Shown in pieces: positions 49,600 to 60,022 of a stretch of 64,000 bases of DNA. Where the stretch lies: positions 10,701-74,700 of the forward strand of contig JBBSRC010000005.1 of the NCBI GenBank assembly GCA_038243395.1. Reading direction: 5' to 3'. The position numbers and the translations under genes are program-made. The DNA is from Flavobacteriales bacterium. Its GTDB lineage: Bacteria; Bacteroidota; Bacteroidia; Flavobacteriales; Flavobacteriaceae. How positions within the stretch are numbered: the stretch's first letter is position 1; every line of letters starts with the position of its first letter. Under the pieces are notes generated by a model. It was not told the origin of the DNA, searched no databases, and saw only the letters and a program-made list of their open reading frames with translations.

Positions 49600-49724
49600 C
49601 CCCGCTTCAGCTGGGGATCAGAAATGAAAAAGTAGATGGCTTCAGCCAAACTATCATCTCGGGTATAATTTGGCTAAAGCCTTTTGCTCTTCTCGCTTCC
49701 ATATCCCGAGCTAAAGCTTGGGAT
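49600..49724. repeat. REP-like nested palindrome built from GCTTCAGC/GCTAAAGC cores
   Basis: Cores at 49604, 49639, 49673, 49710; inner arms ggcttcagccaaa and tttggctaaagcc differ by one mismatch. Confidence 0.8.
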
Positions 49725-50032
49725 TACTGTTGGATTGCACAAATAATTCCATAGGTAAACTTGAATTAAAATTGTTCGCTTGACAGTAGTTTACACCTTT
49801 CGGTTTTGACCTTTCGACTTCATTTTACTGATTGGAATCAAAAGGCTAAAGCTAACAAAGCTAAATTTAGGTATTCAAAAGACAATCATTTTTATAATTA
49901 ACGAAATACTTTTACACTATACACCCGATTGATTGACATTCATAATATTTTAAACAAAAAACAGATTTGGCTCTTATTTTGAGCGCTCAACCAACCACCA
50001 ATTATCCTATCTTTGCCCAGCTAAACTACAAG

Positions 50033-50998
50033 ATGGCTTCTACTCTACTTTCATCACCTTTACAAGGTTTTACAGATTTCAGGTTTCGTAATGCCTTCAA
50101 CCATTACTTCGGCGGTATCGATACTTTTTACGCGCCCTACATTCGACTTAATGGAAAGCTAAAAATTAAGCAATCCTACCAAAATGATTTATTGCCAGAA
50201 AACAACGCGACTTTAGAAGTGATTCCACAAGTGATTACCAACGATCCCGATGAGTTTATTTTTGTGGCCAAGTACGTGCAAAGTTTAGGCTACAAAGAAT
50301 TGAATTGGAATTTAGGCTGTCCTTACCCCATGGTTACCAAATCCGGAATGGGTTCTGGATTAATTTGCAATCCTTCACGAATTAATGAGGTTTTATATAA
50401 AGCACACAATGAAACGGACATTCTAGTGTCTATGAAAATGAGAATGGGATATGAAAACGCAGAAGAAATTCTGGACGCTTTTCCCATCCTCGATCAATAT
50501 CCCCTTAAAAACATTGCTATCCACGCCAGAATTGGAAAGCAACTCTACAAAGGCCCCGTCGATTTGGATGCTTTCGAAAAATGCATTCCTAGCACCAAAC
50601 ACAAGTTGTATTATAACGGAGATATTACCAGTGTTTCCGCTTTTAAAGCGATTGAAAAACGTTTTCCACAAATCGATCAATTCATGATTGGTCGTGGCCT
50701 AATAGCTGATCCTTTTTTACCAAGTATGATAAAAAATGATACTTCGGAATATCCTAAAGAGCGATGGTCAATTTTCTCAGAATTTCATGATACCATTTAC
50801 CAGCAATACGACGCATATTTATCTGGACCAACCCCGATAAAAATGAAAATGTTAGGGTTTTGGGAATTCTTTTCTCAATCGACCTCAAATCCACAAAAAA
50901 CCTATAAAGCCATAAAAAAGGCTGATAATCCTATAAAATATCGAAAAGCAGTGGATCAAATCTTAAATACGGAAGTGAAAGTTAATAACGCTTTCTAA
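50033..50998 (+). CDS. tRNA-dihydrouridine synthase family protein (start revised to MASTLL)
   Basis: SPLQGFTD, NLGCP, IHAR, NGDI, MIGRG; TATCTTTG at 50008-50015. Confidence 0.92.
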   Translation: MASTLLSSPLQGFTDFRFRNAFNHYFGGIDTFYAPYIRLNGKLKIKQSYQNDLLPENNATLEVIPQVITNDPDEFIFVAKYVQSLGYKELNWNLGCPYPMVTKSGMGSGLICNPSRINEVLYKAHNETDILVSMKMRMGYENAEEILDAFPILDQYPLKNIAIHARIGKQLYKGPVDLDAFEKCIPSTKHKLYYNGDITSVSAFKAIEKRFPQIDQFMIGRGLIADPFLPSMIKNDTSEYPKERWSIFSEFHDTIYQQYDAYLSGPTPIKMKMLGFWEFFSQSTSNPQKTYKAIKKADNPIKYRKAVDQILNTEVKVNNAF

Positions 50999-51141
50999 AA
51001 AAATCACAGACAAAAACTTACGGTTCGTGTGGTCGGTATTCTCAGCTCCGATAGCAACTCTTTCTATTACTACATCTTAAAATATCACTATCTTTGACAA
51101 GTATTTCAGAATAATCATCCGTACAATTTTATTAGAATAAA

Positions 51142-51723
51142 ATGCTACATCTTAAATTAGAGACAGATCCGCGTTGGGCTGTTATTGCCGAAGAAAATAT
51201 CGAAGAAATTTTGACCGATCATGCGTGGTGCGAACAAAAAGCGGCTACAAATGCAATTACAATCATTACTCAAAATTCTCATTATCCAGATTTGGTAACC
51301 GATTTATTGGAACTTGCCAGAGAAGAACTGGAACATTTTCAAATGGTTCATGAAATCATAAAAAAAAGAGGCTATACTTTGGGAAGGGAGCGCAAAGACA
51401 ATTATGTGAATGAACTTTATAAGTTTATGAACAAAGGCGGCAGTCCGTTGCAGAGCATGGTTGACAGACTCCTGTTTTCTGCCATGATTGAGGCGCGAAG
51501 TTGCGAACGTTTTAAAATGTTATCAGAACATGTTGCAGACCCTGAACTTTCAAAATTCTATTATGATTTAATGGTTAGTGAAGCTGGCCATTACACACTT
51601 TTTATAACTTATGCTCGTAAGTATGGAAAAGATATCGATGTGGATCAACGCTGGAAAGACCTTGTAGATTTTGAAGGCGAGTTAATAAAAAAATACGGAA
51701 AGAGCGAAAGTATTCATGGGTAA
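51142..51723 (+). CDS. miaE: tRNA-(ms2io6A37) hydroxylase MiaE
   Basis: DHAWCEQKAA, EELEHF, IEARSCERF, SEAGH di-iron motifs; TATCTTTG at 51089-51096. Confidence 0.92.
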   Translation: MLHLKLETDPRWAVIAEENIEEILTDHAWCEQKAATNAITIITQNSHYPDLVTDLLELAREELEHFQMVHEIIKKRGYTLGRERKDNYVNELYKFMNKGGSPLQSMVDRLLFSAMIEARSCERFKMLSEHVADPELSKFYYDLMVSEAGHYTLFITYARKYGKDIDVDQRWKDLVDFEGELIKKYGKSESIHG

Positions 51724-51726
51724 AAA

Positions 51727-51770
51727 GTGAAATTGAAAATGAAGTTAAAATTGAAATCGAAGTTGAAAGT
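51727..51770 (+). repeat. 6-bp periodic GAAATT/GAAGTT tract immediately after the miaE stop
   Basis: gtgaaattgaaaatgaagttaaaattgaaatcgaagttgaaagt. Confidence 0.7.
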
Positions 51771-51805
51771 GTAGAAATCGATTGGCGATGAACTTGTTTA
51801 TAAAA

Positions 51806-53011
51806 TTATTCTGCCAAAAGCTCATCTATAAAACTTTCAAATTCCTTCTTAAAATCAACATAATCTTTACCCGTTGCAGGACCACTAAAACCAGTGTGTA
51901 TCTTACGAACTTTTCCGGTTCTATCAAGAAATATGGTGGTTGGATACGATAAAATATGATTCAACATCGGTAATTTCTTCTGCGCCTCCTCCTTATTTGA
52001 TGTACCATATTGTGCCAGCAAGACAGGATATTCGATTCCAGTTCTATCTTTCAAATCCCTGATACTTTTAAATGCTTTTGCTTCGGTTTTTGCATATTCA
52101 AAAGCCAGCGCTACAAATTCTATGTCTTTTTCTGAATTGTTATTATAATATTCCGCAAAATATTTGGTCTCGTCCAAACAGTTGGGACACCAGGTTCCCA
52201 TAATCTGAACAATCACAACCTTATCTTTAAACTGCGAATCATTCAAGGATACCATCGTGCTATCTGTTTCGGGGAAACTGAATTCCATCCGTTCATACCC
52301 CTCCTTTAAAAAAGTAAGTGCATTGGCATCAGGCAATTCAAAAAGAGCATTTCGTTTTGCTTCGAAAGGCTGGCTCCATGTATCTCCGGAATAGAACGTA
52401 CCATTCATAGTACTGTCCGTTACTATTGCAGTGAACAAATAAGCATGCGCACCGTCAAAAGTTGACATTTTAAGCTGATTGCCATCGACTACGCCTTCCA
52501 AGTATCTATAATCGCCGGTTTTAGTCTGAAAAGTCCCCGTTACTTTTTGGTCTTTTTGTTTAAAAACTCCTTTAGCAAGATTCCGATCAGAATCGTCACC
52601 AAAAACAACTTCCCAAATTCCGGACATATCGGTTGCTGCTGGCTCACTCAATTCAAAGCGTTCTTTGGAATTATAAAAAGCCTCAAAAGGCATTTTCGTA
52701 CCAAAGGTTTCGTTGGTAAAACTTCCTACCATTCCATTGTCTATCAATTTGACCACAATATATCCCTCAAAGACTGGCATTTTAATATAAACGGAATCAT
52801 TTTTATAAGTGATTTCATCAACTAAAATAACTTCTTCAGCATTAAATATTTTTATGGAGGTATCCGAAGTAACTTCAAAATTAAAAGGTAAATTTTCCTG
52901 TGCATTGACCTTCAGTTGAGCTAAATACATGCCATGTGGCATTGTCTTGGTAGTATACCTATTACAGGAGAAAAATAAAAAAAGAAGTAAAATAACTGAT
53001 AATTGCTTCAT
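51806..53011 (-). CDS. TlpA-like thiol-disulfide oxidoreductase lipoprotein
   Basis: Lipobox FFSC; GTWCPNC; YPTTIFLD. Confidence 0.88.
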   Translation of the reverse strand: MKQLSVILLLFLFFSCNRYTTKTMPHGMYLAQLKVNAQENLPFNFEVTSDTSIKIFNAEEVILVDEITYKNDSVYIKMPVFEGYIVVKLIDNGMVGSFTNETFGTKMPFEAFYNSKERFELSEPAATDMSGIWEVVFGDDSDRNLAKGVFKQKDQKVTGTFQTKTGDYRYLEGVVDGNQLKMSTFDGAHAYLFTAIVTDSTMNGTFYSGDTWSQPFEAKRNALFELPDANALTFLKEGYERMEFSFPETDSTMVSLNDSQFKDKVVIVQIMGTWCPNCLDETKYFAEYYNNNSEKDIEFVALAFEYAKTEAKAFKSIRDLKDRTGIEYPVLLAQYGTSNKEEAQKKLPMLNHILSYPTTIFLDRTGKVRKIHTGFSGPATGKDYVDFKKEFESFIDELLAE

Positions 53012-53208
53012 TGGGCTACTGCGCTTATTTTAATGAATTCAAAATAAAGCTAAAATACAGAGAAAATAAAATTATTAACCATTTCTATAACTATATACTA
53101 TTATTATCTTTACGCCGAATTTGACACAAGACTGATAGTAGGCGGAATGAAGACGATTCAAATTCAAAAACTCGGAACAAAATACAGCTACAGCATAATA
53201 CTCAAAAA

Positions 53209-55635
53209 ATGAAGATTTCTTATAATTGGTTAAAACAATTCGTAAATATTGATTGGACGCCAGAACAAACTAGCGAACTCTTGACAGACTTAGGACTGGA
53301 GGTTGAAGGCATCCAAACTTTCCAATCAATAAAAGGTGGATTGGAAGGTATTGTCGTTGGCGAAGTTTTAACTTGTGTACAACATCCCAATGCTGACCGA
53401 CTTAAAGTTACGACCTTGAATATGGGTTCTGGAGAAACTTTACAAATTGTTTGTGGCGCACCAAATGTAGCGGCCGGTCAAAAAGTACCCGTTGCCACTA
53501 TAGGAACTACTCTGTACACCAAGGAAGGCGAAGCCTGGACCATCAAAAAGGGAAAAATAAGAGGCGAAGAAAGTCACGGCATGATTTGCTCGGAAGAGGA
53601 ATTAGGACTTAGCGCTTCTCACGATGGGATTCTGGTTTTGGAGAATGATATCCCCGTCGGCACCTCGGTCGCAAAACTATATGAGGTTGAAAACGATAAG
53701 ATTTTTGAAATTGGCCTGACGCCTAATAGAGCTGATGCCATGAGTCATTTTGGAACGGCGCGAGACCTTAAGGCCGGACTTTTACAAAAAAATATTCATG
53801 TGGAACTTATCACACCATCGGTAAGTGCGTTTCGAGTGGACAATACCATTTCAAAAATATTGGTGGATGTGCTCAACAAGGAATTGGCGCCGCGCTATTG
53901 CGGTGTGACCATTTCTGACATCAAGGTGGGCACCTCTCCTACTTGGTTGCAAAACAGACTTAAAGCAATTGGATTGACTCCAAAAAACAATATAGTTGAC
54001 GTTACTAATTATGTGCTCCATGACCTTGGCCAGCCTTTGCACGCTTTTGATGCCAATAAAATTGAAGGTCACAAAGTCATTGTAAAAACCTTGCCAAAAG
54101 GAACAAAGTTTAAAACCTTAGATGGCATTGAACGTGAACTTCATGAAGAAGATTTAATGATTTGTGATGCTGTAAAACCAATGTGTATTGCGGGGGTCTT
54201 TGGGGGTGAATATTCCGGAGTAACAGAACATACGACTAGTATTTTCCTGGAAAGCGCTTATTTCAATCCGATAAGCATAAGAAAGTCAGCAAAAAGACAT
54301 GGTTTAAATACAGATGCATCCTTTCGTTTTGAACGCGGCGTCGATCCTAATATTACGGAATACGCTCTAAAACGTGCAACTTTATTAATACAAGAGGTTG
54401 CAGGTGGCTTTATAACTAGCAATGTTGTTGATATCTACCCAAAGAAAATCGATGATTTTCAAGTACGATTGTCTTTTGCAAATGCACAAAAATTAATCGG
54501 TGAAGAAATTCCAACAGACATTATCAAAAGCATTTTGATGTCGTTAGACATTAAAGTCAATAATGTTACAGAAACAGGTTTGGGGCTAACGGTTCCTGCT
54601 TATAGAAATGATGTGGTCCGTGAAGCTGATATTATTGAAGAAATCTTAAGGGTTTACGGTTATAACAATATCAAGTTTACCGAAAAGTTAAATGCCTCCA
54701 TTTCTCACACCTCTCGTTTTGAAGATTTCAAACTTCAAAATATCGTGGGAGACCAATTGGTATCGCAAGGTTTTTATGAAATTTTGTCCAATTCCCTGAC
54801 GACGCCATCGTATGCCAATTTGAGTGCAAATTTAAAAGAAGAACATAATGTGACCATGCTCAATCCGTTGAGCAATGACTTAAGTGTGATGCGCCAAAGT
54901 TTGTTGTTCTCAGGGCTGGAAGCCATTAATAGAAACATCAACAGAAGACGCTCTGACTTAAAATTGTTCGAATTTGGCAAAACCTACCATAATCATGACG
55001 CCAAATATATTGAAAACAAGCATTTAACGCTTTTCGTAACGGGAAATAAGGATGCTGAACGTTGGAATTCCAATCAGCAACCGGGGAATTTCTTTTACTT
55101 AAAAGGCGTCATTAATGCTGTTTTACAACGCTTAGGCTTAAACCGAATTTCCGCATCTCCTATTGATAACGATGTGTTTAGCGAAGGCATAAGTCTGCGA
55201 ATGGACAAAAAAAGCGTAGTAGATTTTGGCTTGGTAAATAAGAAAATATTGAAACATTTTGATATATCTCAAGAGGTTTTATATGCCGATTTCAATTGGG
55301 ATAATGTGATTGAGATGGTAAAACATAATCACATCAACTTTAAGGAATTACCTAAATACCCAGAAACACGACGGGATTTTGCCTTATTATTAGATGAAGC
55401 CATCACATTTGAGGCTATTGATACCATCGCCAATCAAACAGAAAAACGCTTGCTTAAAAATGTCGATTTATTTGATGTTTACCAAGGCAGCAGTCTTCCA
55501 AAAGGTAAAAAGAGTTATGCGGTCAGTTTTAAATTTAGGGATGATCATAGCACTCTAACCGACCAACAGGTTGATAAAATCATGAAGAAACTGAAAACCA
55601 ACTTTGAAGAGCGGCTTGGAGCGGAATTAAGATAA
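53209..55635 (+). CDS. pheT: Phenylalanine-tRNA ligase beta subunit
   Basis: HPNADRL, VCGAPN, LTPNRAD, RFERGVD, READIIEE, C-terminal RRDFA. Confidence 0.98.
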   Translation: MKISYNWLKQFVNIDWTPEQTSELLTDLGLEVEGIQTFQSIKGGLEGIVVGEVLTCVQHPNADRLKVTTLNMGSGETLQIVCGAPNVAAGQKVPVATIGTTLYTKEGEAWTIKKGKIRGEESHGMICSEEELGLSASHDGILVLENDIPVGTSVAKLYEVENDKIFEIGLTPNRADAMSHFGTARDLKAGLLQKNIHVELITPSVSAFRVDNTISKILVDVLNKELAPRYCGVTISDIKVGTSPTWLQNRLKAIGLTPKNNIVDVTNYVLHDLGQPLHAFDANKIEGHKVIVKTLPKGTKFKTLDGIERELHEEDLMICDAVKPMCIAGVFGGEYSGVTEHTTSIFLESAYFNPISIRKSAKRHGLNTDASFRFERGVDPNITEYALKRATLLIQEVAGGFITSNVVDIYPKKIDDFQVRLSFANAQKLIGEEIPTDIIKSILMSLDIKVNNVTETGLGLTVPAYRNDVVREADIIEEILRVYGYNNIKFTEKLNASISHTSRFEDFKLQNIVGDQLVSQGFYEILSNSLTTPSYANLSANLKEEHNVTMLNPLSNDLSVMRQSLLFSGLEAINRNINRRRSDLKLFEFGKTYHNHDAKYIENKHLTLFVTGNKDAERWNSNQQPGNFFYLKGVINAVLQRLGLNRISASPIDNDVFSEGISLRMDKKSVVDFGLVNKKILKHFDISQEVLYADFNWDNVIEMVKHNHINFKELPKYPETRRDFALLLDEAITFEAIDTIANQTEKRLLKNVDLFDVYQGSSLPKGKKSYAVSFKFRDDHSTLTDQQVDKIMKKLKTNFEERLGAELR

Positions 55636-55876
55636 GACGATAATTTTCTAAAAGAATATTGAAAATAATATAACTTTCATTCTAGACTACATAGTTTATT
55701 GGAGTTCATTTAAATGTAATAACTTTGGAAATAAATTCATTAAAAAACATTCTTATAATCAAAGATGAAACCTGTTGAATTCTAGAGCATAATGCCAAAA
55801 AACATTATGTTTTAATTAGTAGGGAAACTTTCGAAAAATCCTTAAATTTAACCTTTCAAAATAAATACAATATACT

Positions 55877-56377
55877 ATGGCAACTGTAACTCTTAAAGGC
55901 AATCCTGTAACAACTTTCGGCGAACTTCCAGAAAATGGAACTAACGCTCCAAACTTTAAATTAACGGCAACCGACCTCTCTTCAAAATCACTGCATGATT
56001 ATCTGGGTCATAATCTAATCCTTAATATTTTTCCAAGTGTGGATACAGGTACCTGTGCACAATCGGTTAGAACATTTAATGAAAAAGCGACGCAACTTGC
56101 CAATACTAAAGTGCTTTGTATCTCTAAAGATCTGCCCTTTGCATTCTCCCGTTTTTGCGCGGCTGAAGGTATTGACAATGTTGAAAGTCTTTCTGATTAC
56201 AGAGATGGGAATTTTGGCAAAAACTATGGTTTGACATTTATTGACGGCCCGTTAGAAGGACTGCTTTCAAGATGTGTAATCGTTCTCAATGATAAAGCAG
56301 AAATCATTTATACTGAGCAAGTTTCTGAAATAACAGACGAACCCAATTACGAAGCTGCTCTGGAGTCGCTTTCATAG
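55877..56377 (+). CDS. tpx: Thiol peroxidase
   Basis: FPSVDTGTC, SKDLPFAFSRFC, EPNYE. Confidence 0.96.
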   Translation: MATVTLKGNPVTTFGELPENGTNAPNFKLTATDLSSKSLHDYLGHNLILNIFPSVDTGTCAQSVRTFNEKATQLANTKVLCISKDLPFAFSRFCAAEGIDNVESLSDYRDGNFGKNYGLTFIDGPLEGLLSRCVIVLNDKAEIIYTEQVSEITDEPNYEAALESLS

Positions 56378-56388
56378 TATTTTTATTT

Positions 56389-56760
56389 ATGTCCAAAAAA
56401 ACAGATTCCTTCCTAGTGAATCGCTTAAAAAGTGTAGGTTGGGCTTATAAAGGCGCACTTATTTTACTTCGAACGGAAGCCAGCATCAAAATTCAATTTG
56501 CCGTCGCGATCTTAGTGACTATTGCTGGTTTTTACTTCGAAATTTCTACTACAGAATGGCTCTTTCAAGTCGCCATGATTGGTCTAGTCATGAGCATTGA
56601 AGGCGTCAACACGGCCATTGAGGCTGTCGCAGACTTTGTTCACCCTGATCGCCACGCCAGTATTGGACATATTAAAGACGTTGCCGCAGGTGCCGTTTTT
56701 ATCGCTGCAATAGCCGCGGTTATTGTAGCCGCAATCATTTATTATCCAAAGCTTTTTTAA
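56389..56760 (+). CDS. dgkA: Diacylglycerol/undecaprenol kinase family protein
   Basis: EGVNTAIE, KDVAAGAV; three TM segments. Confidence 0.9.
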   Translation: MSKKTDSFLVNRLKSVGWAYKGALILLRTEASIKIQFAVAILVTIAGFYFEISTTEWLFQVAMIGLVMSIEGVNTAIEAVADFVHPDRHASIGHIKDVAAGAVFIAAIAAVIVAAIIYYPKLF

Positions 56761-56886
56761 TACTAATTCGGTTAGGATTAACGTTAGTAATTTGTATTTT
56801 TGTTTCCTTGGGGAAACTAAAATCCCTAATGTATTTTAGTTATTTAATTAAAATTTAATAGATTTCCGTGGTCACGGAAAGTTCAC

Positions 56887-59325
56887 ATGGCGAAGAAGAA
56901 AACCAAAGCTAAAAGCAGTACCACTACAACACCTAAAACCAAAAAAACGTACCGAAACTTCGGGATCAAATTATCAAATCAGCAAAAATTAATTTTTGGC
57001 AGCTTGTTGGTAATTCTTGGTGCTTTGCTGTTTATTGCCTTTCTTTCCTTCTTTTTTACCGGAAAAGCTGATCAAAGTACTCTTACTGAAATTGGAACTC
57101 GCGATGTGATTGCTGAAAACTGGCTCAATAAATTGGGCGCCTGGGTAAGCCACTTTTTCATTATGGATGGTTTTGGGGTGTCGGCATTTATTTTTGCTGG
57201 ATTGATTTTTATGTCCGGCATTTACGTCACTTTAAACATCAACAAGGCAAAACTGAGAAGCCATTGGATATGGGGGACACTAATCGCCATTTGGTTGTCT
57301 ATCTTCTTCGGGTTTTTCTCCCATAAATACGACACTCTTGGCGGCACTATCGGTTTTGAAATGAATTCATTTTTTCAAGACTATATCGGCATTATTGGAA
57401 CCGCACTCCTGCTTTTTTTCGGATTGATTATATATGCTGCTGTAAGATTTAATGTTACTGGTGATTCAATCGTAAGTGTTTTTAGATCGGCTAAAAGCGA
57501 CTTAAAACAAGACTTTAAAAGTGAGAAAGAAGGACCGGAATCTTACGCTGCTTTAGACAATGATTTGACTGCTGAAGCAGAAGCTATCAAAGCTGCATTC
57601 GATTTAACCCCCTCGAAGGAGGAGCCAAAAGTAAAGCCAAAACCTGAACCTAAAACTGGACCTAAAGTTGAACCTAGAATTGAAACGCCTCAACTGCGTA
57701 TAGAGGTGCCTCAAGAAAAGGAAGAGCCGGAAGAGGAATTGGAAATGGAAATTGAGCATATCGCTGAAGAACCCTCCGAAAAGAAAACCTTATCTGACAA
57801 ATTGGTGGCCGAGTTTGGACAGTTTGATCCCACCTTGGAATTGAGCAAATATCAGTTCCCGCCATTGGATCTTTTAAAGAAATATGATTCTGAAAGCATT
57901 ACCATCGATCAAGATGAACTGGAAGAAAATAAAAACCGTATTGTCGATACCCTTAACAACTACAATATTGGCATCAGCAACATTAAGGCCACCATCGGAC
58001 CGACCGTTACCTTATATGAAATTGTACCCAACGCTGGTGTCCGAATCTCGAAAATAAAAAATCTAGAAGATGATATCGCCTTGTCATTGGCAGCTTTAGG
58101 CATCCGGATTATAGCACCAATTCCTGGCAAGGGTACCATTGGTATAGAAGTGCCTAATAAAAATTCGACCATCGTATCCATGCGTTCGGTTATTGCTTCT
58201 CAGAAATTTCAGAAGTCCGAAATGGAATTACCGATTGCGTTTGGGAAAACCATTAGCAACGAAACCTTTGTGGTGGATTTAGCTAAAATGCCCCATTTAT
58301 TAATGGCTGGCGCCACTGGTCAAGGAAAATCAGTGGGATTAAATGCGGTTTTAACTTCTTTGCTCTACAAAAAACATCCCGCAGAAGTGAAATTTGTGTT
58401 GGTGGATCCTAAAAAAGTGGAGTTGACTTTATTCAATAAGATTGAGCGCCATTATTTAGCTAAATTACCGGATAGCGAAGAAGCCATTATTACAGATAAT
58501 ACCAAGGTCATCAACACCTTGAATTCTTTGTGTATTGAGATGGACAATCGTTATGAGATGTTGAAAAATGCTTTTTGTAGAAACATCAAGGAATATAACG
58601 ATAAGTTCAAGGATCGTAAATTAAACCCAGAGGACGGGCATCAATTTTTACCTTATATCGTTTTAGTGGTTGATGAGTTTGCCGATTTAATTATGACGGC
58701 CGGTAAGGAAGTTGAAACCCCTATTGCACGTTTGGCGCAATTGGCCCGTGCCATCGGAATCCATCTTATTGTAGCTACACAACGACCATCTGTGAATGTC
58801 ATAACAGGGATCATAAAGGCGAATTTCCCGGCAAGAATTGCGTTTAGAGTTACTTCTAAAATCGATTCCAGAACTATTTTGGATAGTTCGGGTGCTGACC
58901 AATTGATTGGTCGTGGCGATATGCTTTTTACCCAAGGCAATGAATTGACAAGGATTCAATGTGCCTTTGTTGATACGCCAGAAGTTGAGTTAGTTACAGA
59001 TTTTATTGGCGGTCAAAAAGCCTATCCAGATGCTTATCTTTTACCCGAATATGTTGGAGAGGAAAGTGGCACAAGTCTTGATGTAGATATCTCCGACAGG
59101 GACAAGCTTTTTAGAGAAGCCGCGGAAGTAATAGTTACTGCTCAACAAGGTTCAGCCTCATTATTACAACGAAAATTGAAATTAGGTTATAATAGAGCCG
59201 GCCGACTGATTGACCAGTTAGAAGCCGCTGGCATTGTTGGCAATTTTGAAGGCAGTAAAGCACGACAAGTATTGGTCCCCGATCTCGTATCCTTGGATCA
59301 ACTTTTAGCAAATGAAATATCATAA
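56887..59325 (+). CDS. ftsK: DNA translocase FtsK
   Basis: N-terminal TM domain, Pro/Glu-rich linker, AGATGQGKS, DEFADL, ATQRPS, gamma domain LQRKLKLGYNRA. Confidence 0.97.
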   Translation: MAKKKTKAKSSTTTTPKTKKTYRNFGIKLSNQQKLIFGSLLVILGALLFIAFLSFFFTGKADQSTLTEIGTRDVIAENWLNKLGAWVSHFFIMDGFGVSAFIFAGLIFMSGIYVTLNINKAKLRSHWIWGTLIAIWLSIFFGFFSHKYDTLGGTIGFEMNSFFQDYIGIIGTALLLFFGLIIYAAVRFNVTGDSIVSVFRSAKSDLKQDFKSEKEGPESYAALDNDLTAEAEAIKAAFDLTPSKEEPKVKPKPEPKTGPKVEPRIETPQLRIEVPQEKEEPEEELEMEIEHIAEEPSEKKTLSDKLVAEFGQFDPTLELSKYQFPPLDLLKKYDSESITIDQDELEENKNRIVDTLNNYNIGISNIKATIGPTVTLYEIVPNAGVRISKIKNLEDDIALSLAALGIRIIAPIPGKGTIGIEVPNKNSTIVSMRSVIASQKFQKSEMELPIAFGKTISNETFVVDLAKMPHLLMAGATGQGKSVGLNAVLTSLLYKKHPAEVKFVLVDPKKVELTLFNKIERHYLAKLPDSEEAIITDNTKVINTLNSLCIEMDNRYEMLKNAFCRNIKEYNDKFKDRKLNPEDGHQFLPYIVLVVDEFADLIMTAGKEVETPIARLAQLARAIGIHLIVATQRPSVNVITGIIKANFPARIAFRVTSKIDSRTILDSSGADQLIGRGDMLFTQGNELTRIQCAFVDTPEVELVTDFIGGQKAYPDAYLLPEYVGEESGTSLDVDISDRDKLFREAAEVIVTAQQGSASLLQRKLKLGYNRAGRLIDQLEAAGIVGNFEGSKARQVLVPDLVSLDQLLANEIS

Positions 59326-59365
59326 AAGAGATCTTCTATAAAAAGTATTAACAAAACACTTCATA

Positions 59366-60007
59366 ATGAAAAAATTACTTCTACTAACTATTGTTTTATT
59401 ATCGTTTTCAACTTTTGCCCAAGATGCGCAAAAAGCGAAAACCTTGTTGAACGAGGTCAATGATAAAGTTATCGGTTATAACAACATAAGCATTGATTTT
59501 AAATACGTTCTTAAAAACACCAGTGAGAATATTAATCAAGAAACGCGTGGCGACGTCGTTATTGAAGGCGAAAAATACCTTTTAAATATTCTTGGTGTGA
59601 CCCGTATTTATGATGGAAAAACGCTTTACACGATAAGCCCTGAGGACGAAGAGGTAACTATCTCAAAAAACAATACGGAAGACGAAAATACGATTACACC
59701 CAGTAAAATGTTATCCTTCTATAAGGAAGGTTACAATTATGCCATGGACATTGTGCAGAATATTAGCGGACGAAAAATTCAGTATGTGAAATTGACGCCA
59801 ATGGATAGTAATTCTGAAATTAAACAAGTACTGTTGGGCATTGATGCTCAGACCAAACATATCTACAATCTCATAGAAGTAGGAAAAAACGGCACACAAA
59901 CTACCTTAACTGTAAATAGTTTTAAAACTAATGAGCCTATTTCAAAATCCTTATTTACTTTTGATGCTAATAAATACAAAGGCTATTACATCAATAAGCT
60001 CGATTAG
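59366..60007 (+). CDS. lolA: Outer-membrane lipoprotein carrier LolA family protein
   Basis: Signal peptide; YDGKTLY..SPEDEEV; located directly after ftsK. Confidence 0.82.
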   Translation: MKKLLLLTIVLLSFSTFAQDAQKAKTLLNEVNDKVIGYNNISIDFKYVLKNTSENINQETRGDVVIEGEKYLLNILGVTRIYDGKTLYTISPEDEEVTISKNNTEDENTITPSKMLSFYKEGYNYAMDIVQNISGRKIQYVKLTPMDSNSEIKQVLLGIDAQTKHIYNLIEVGKNGTQTTLTVNSFKTNEPISKSLFTFDANKYKGYYINKLD

Positions 60008-60022
60008 ATAGGCGCCAATTTT

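Noticed and set aside
55785-55815. dif site (CATAA…TTATG) near ftsK
   Set aside because: Central spacer is 12 bp rather than 6 bp, and the XerD arm is not TTATGTTAAAT.
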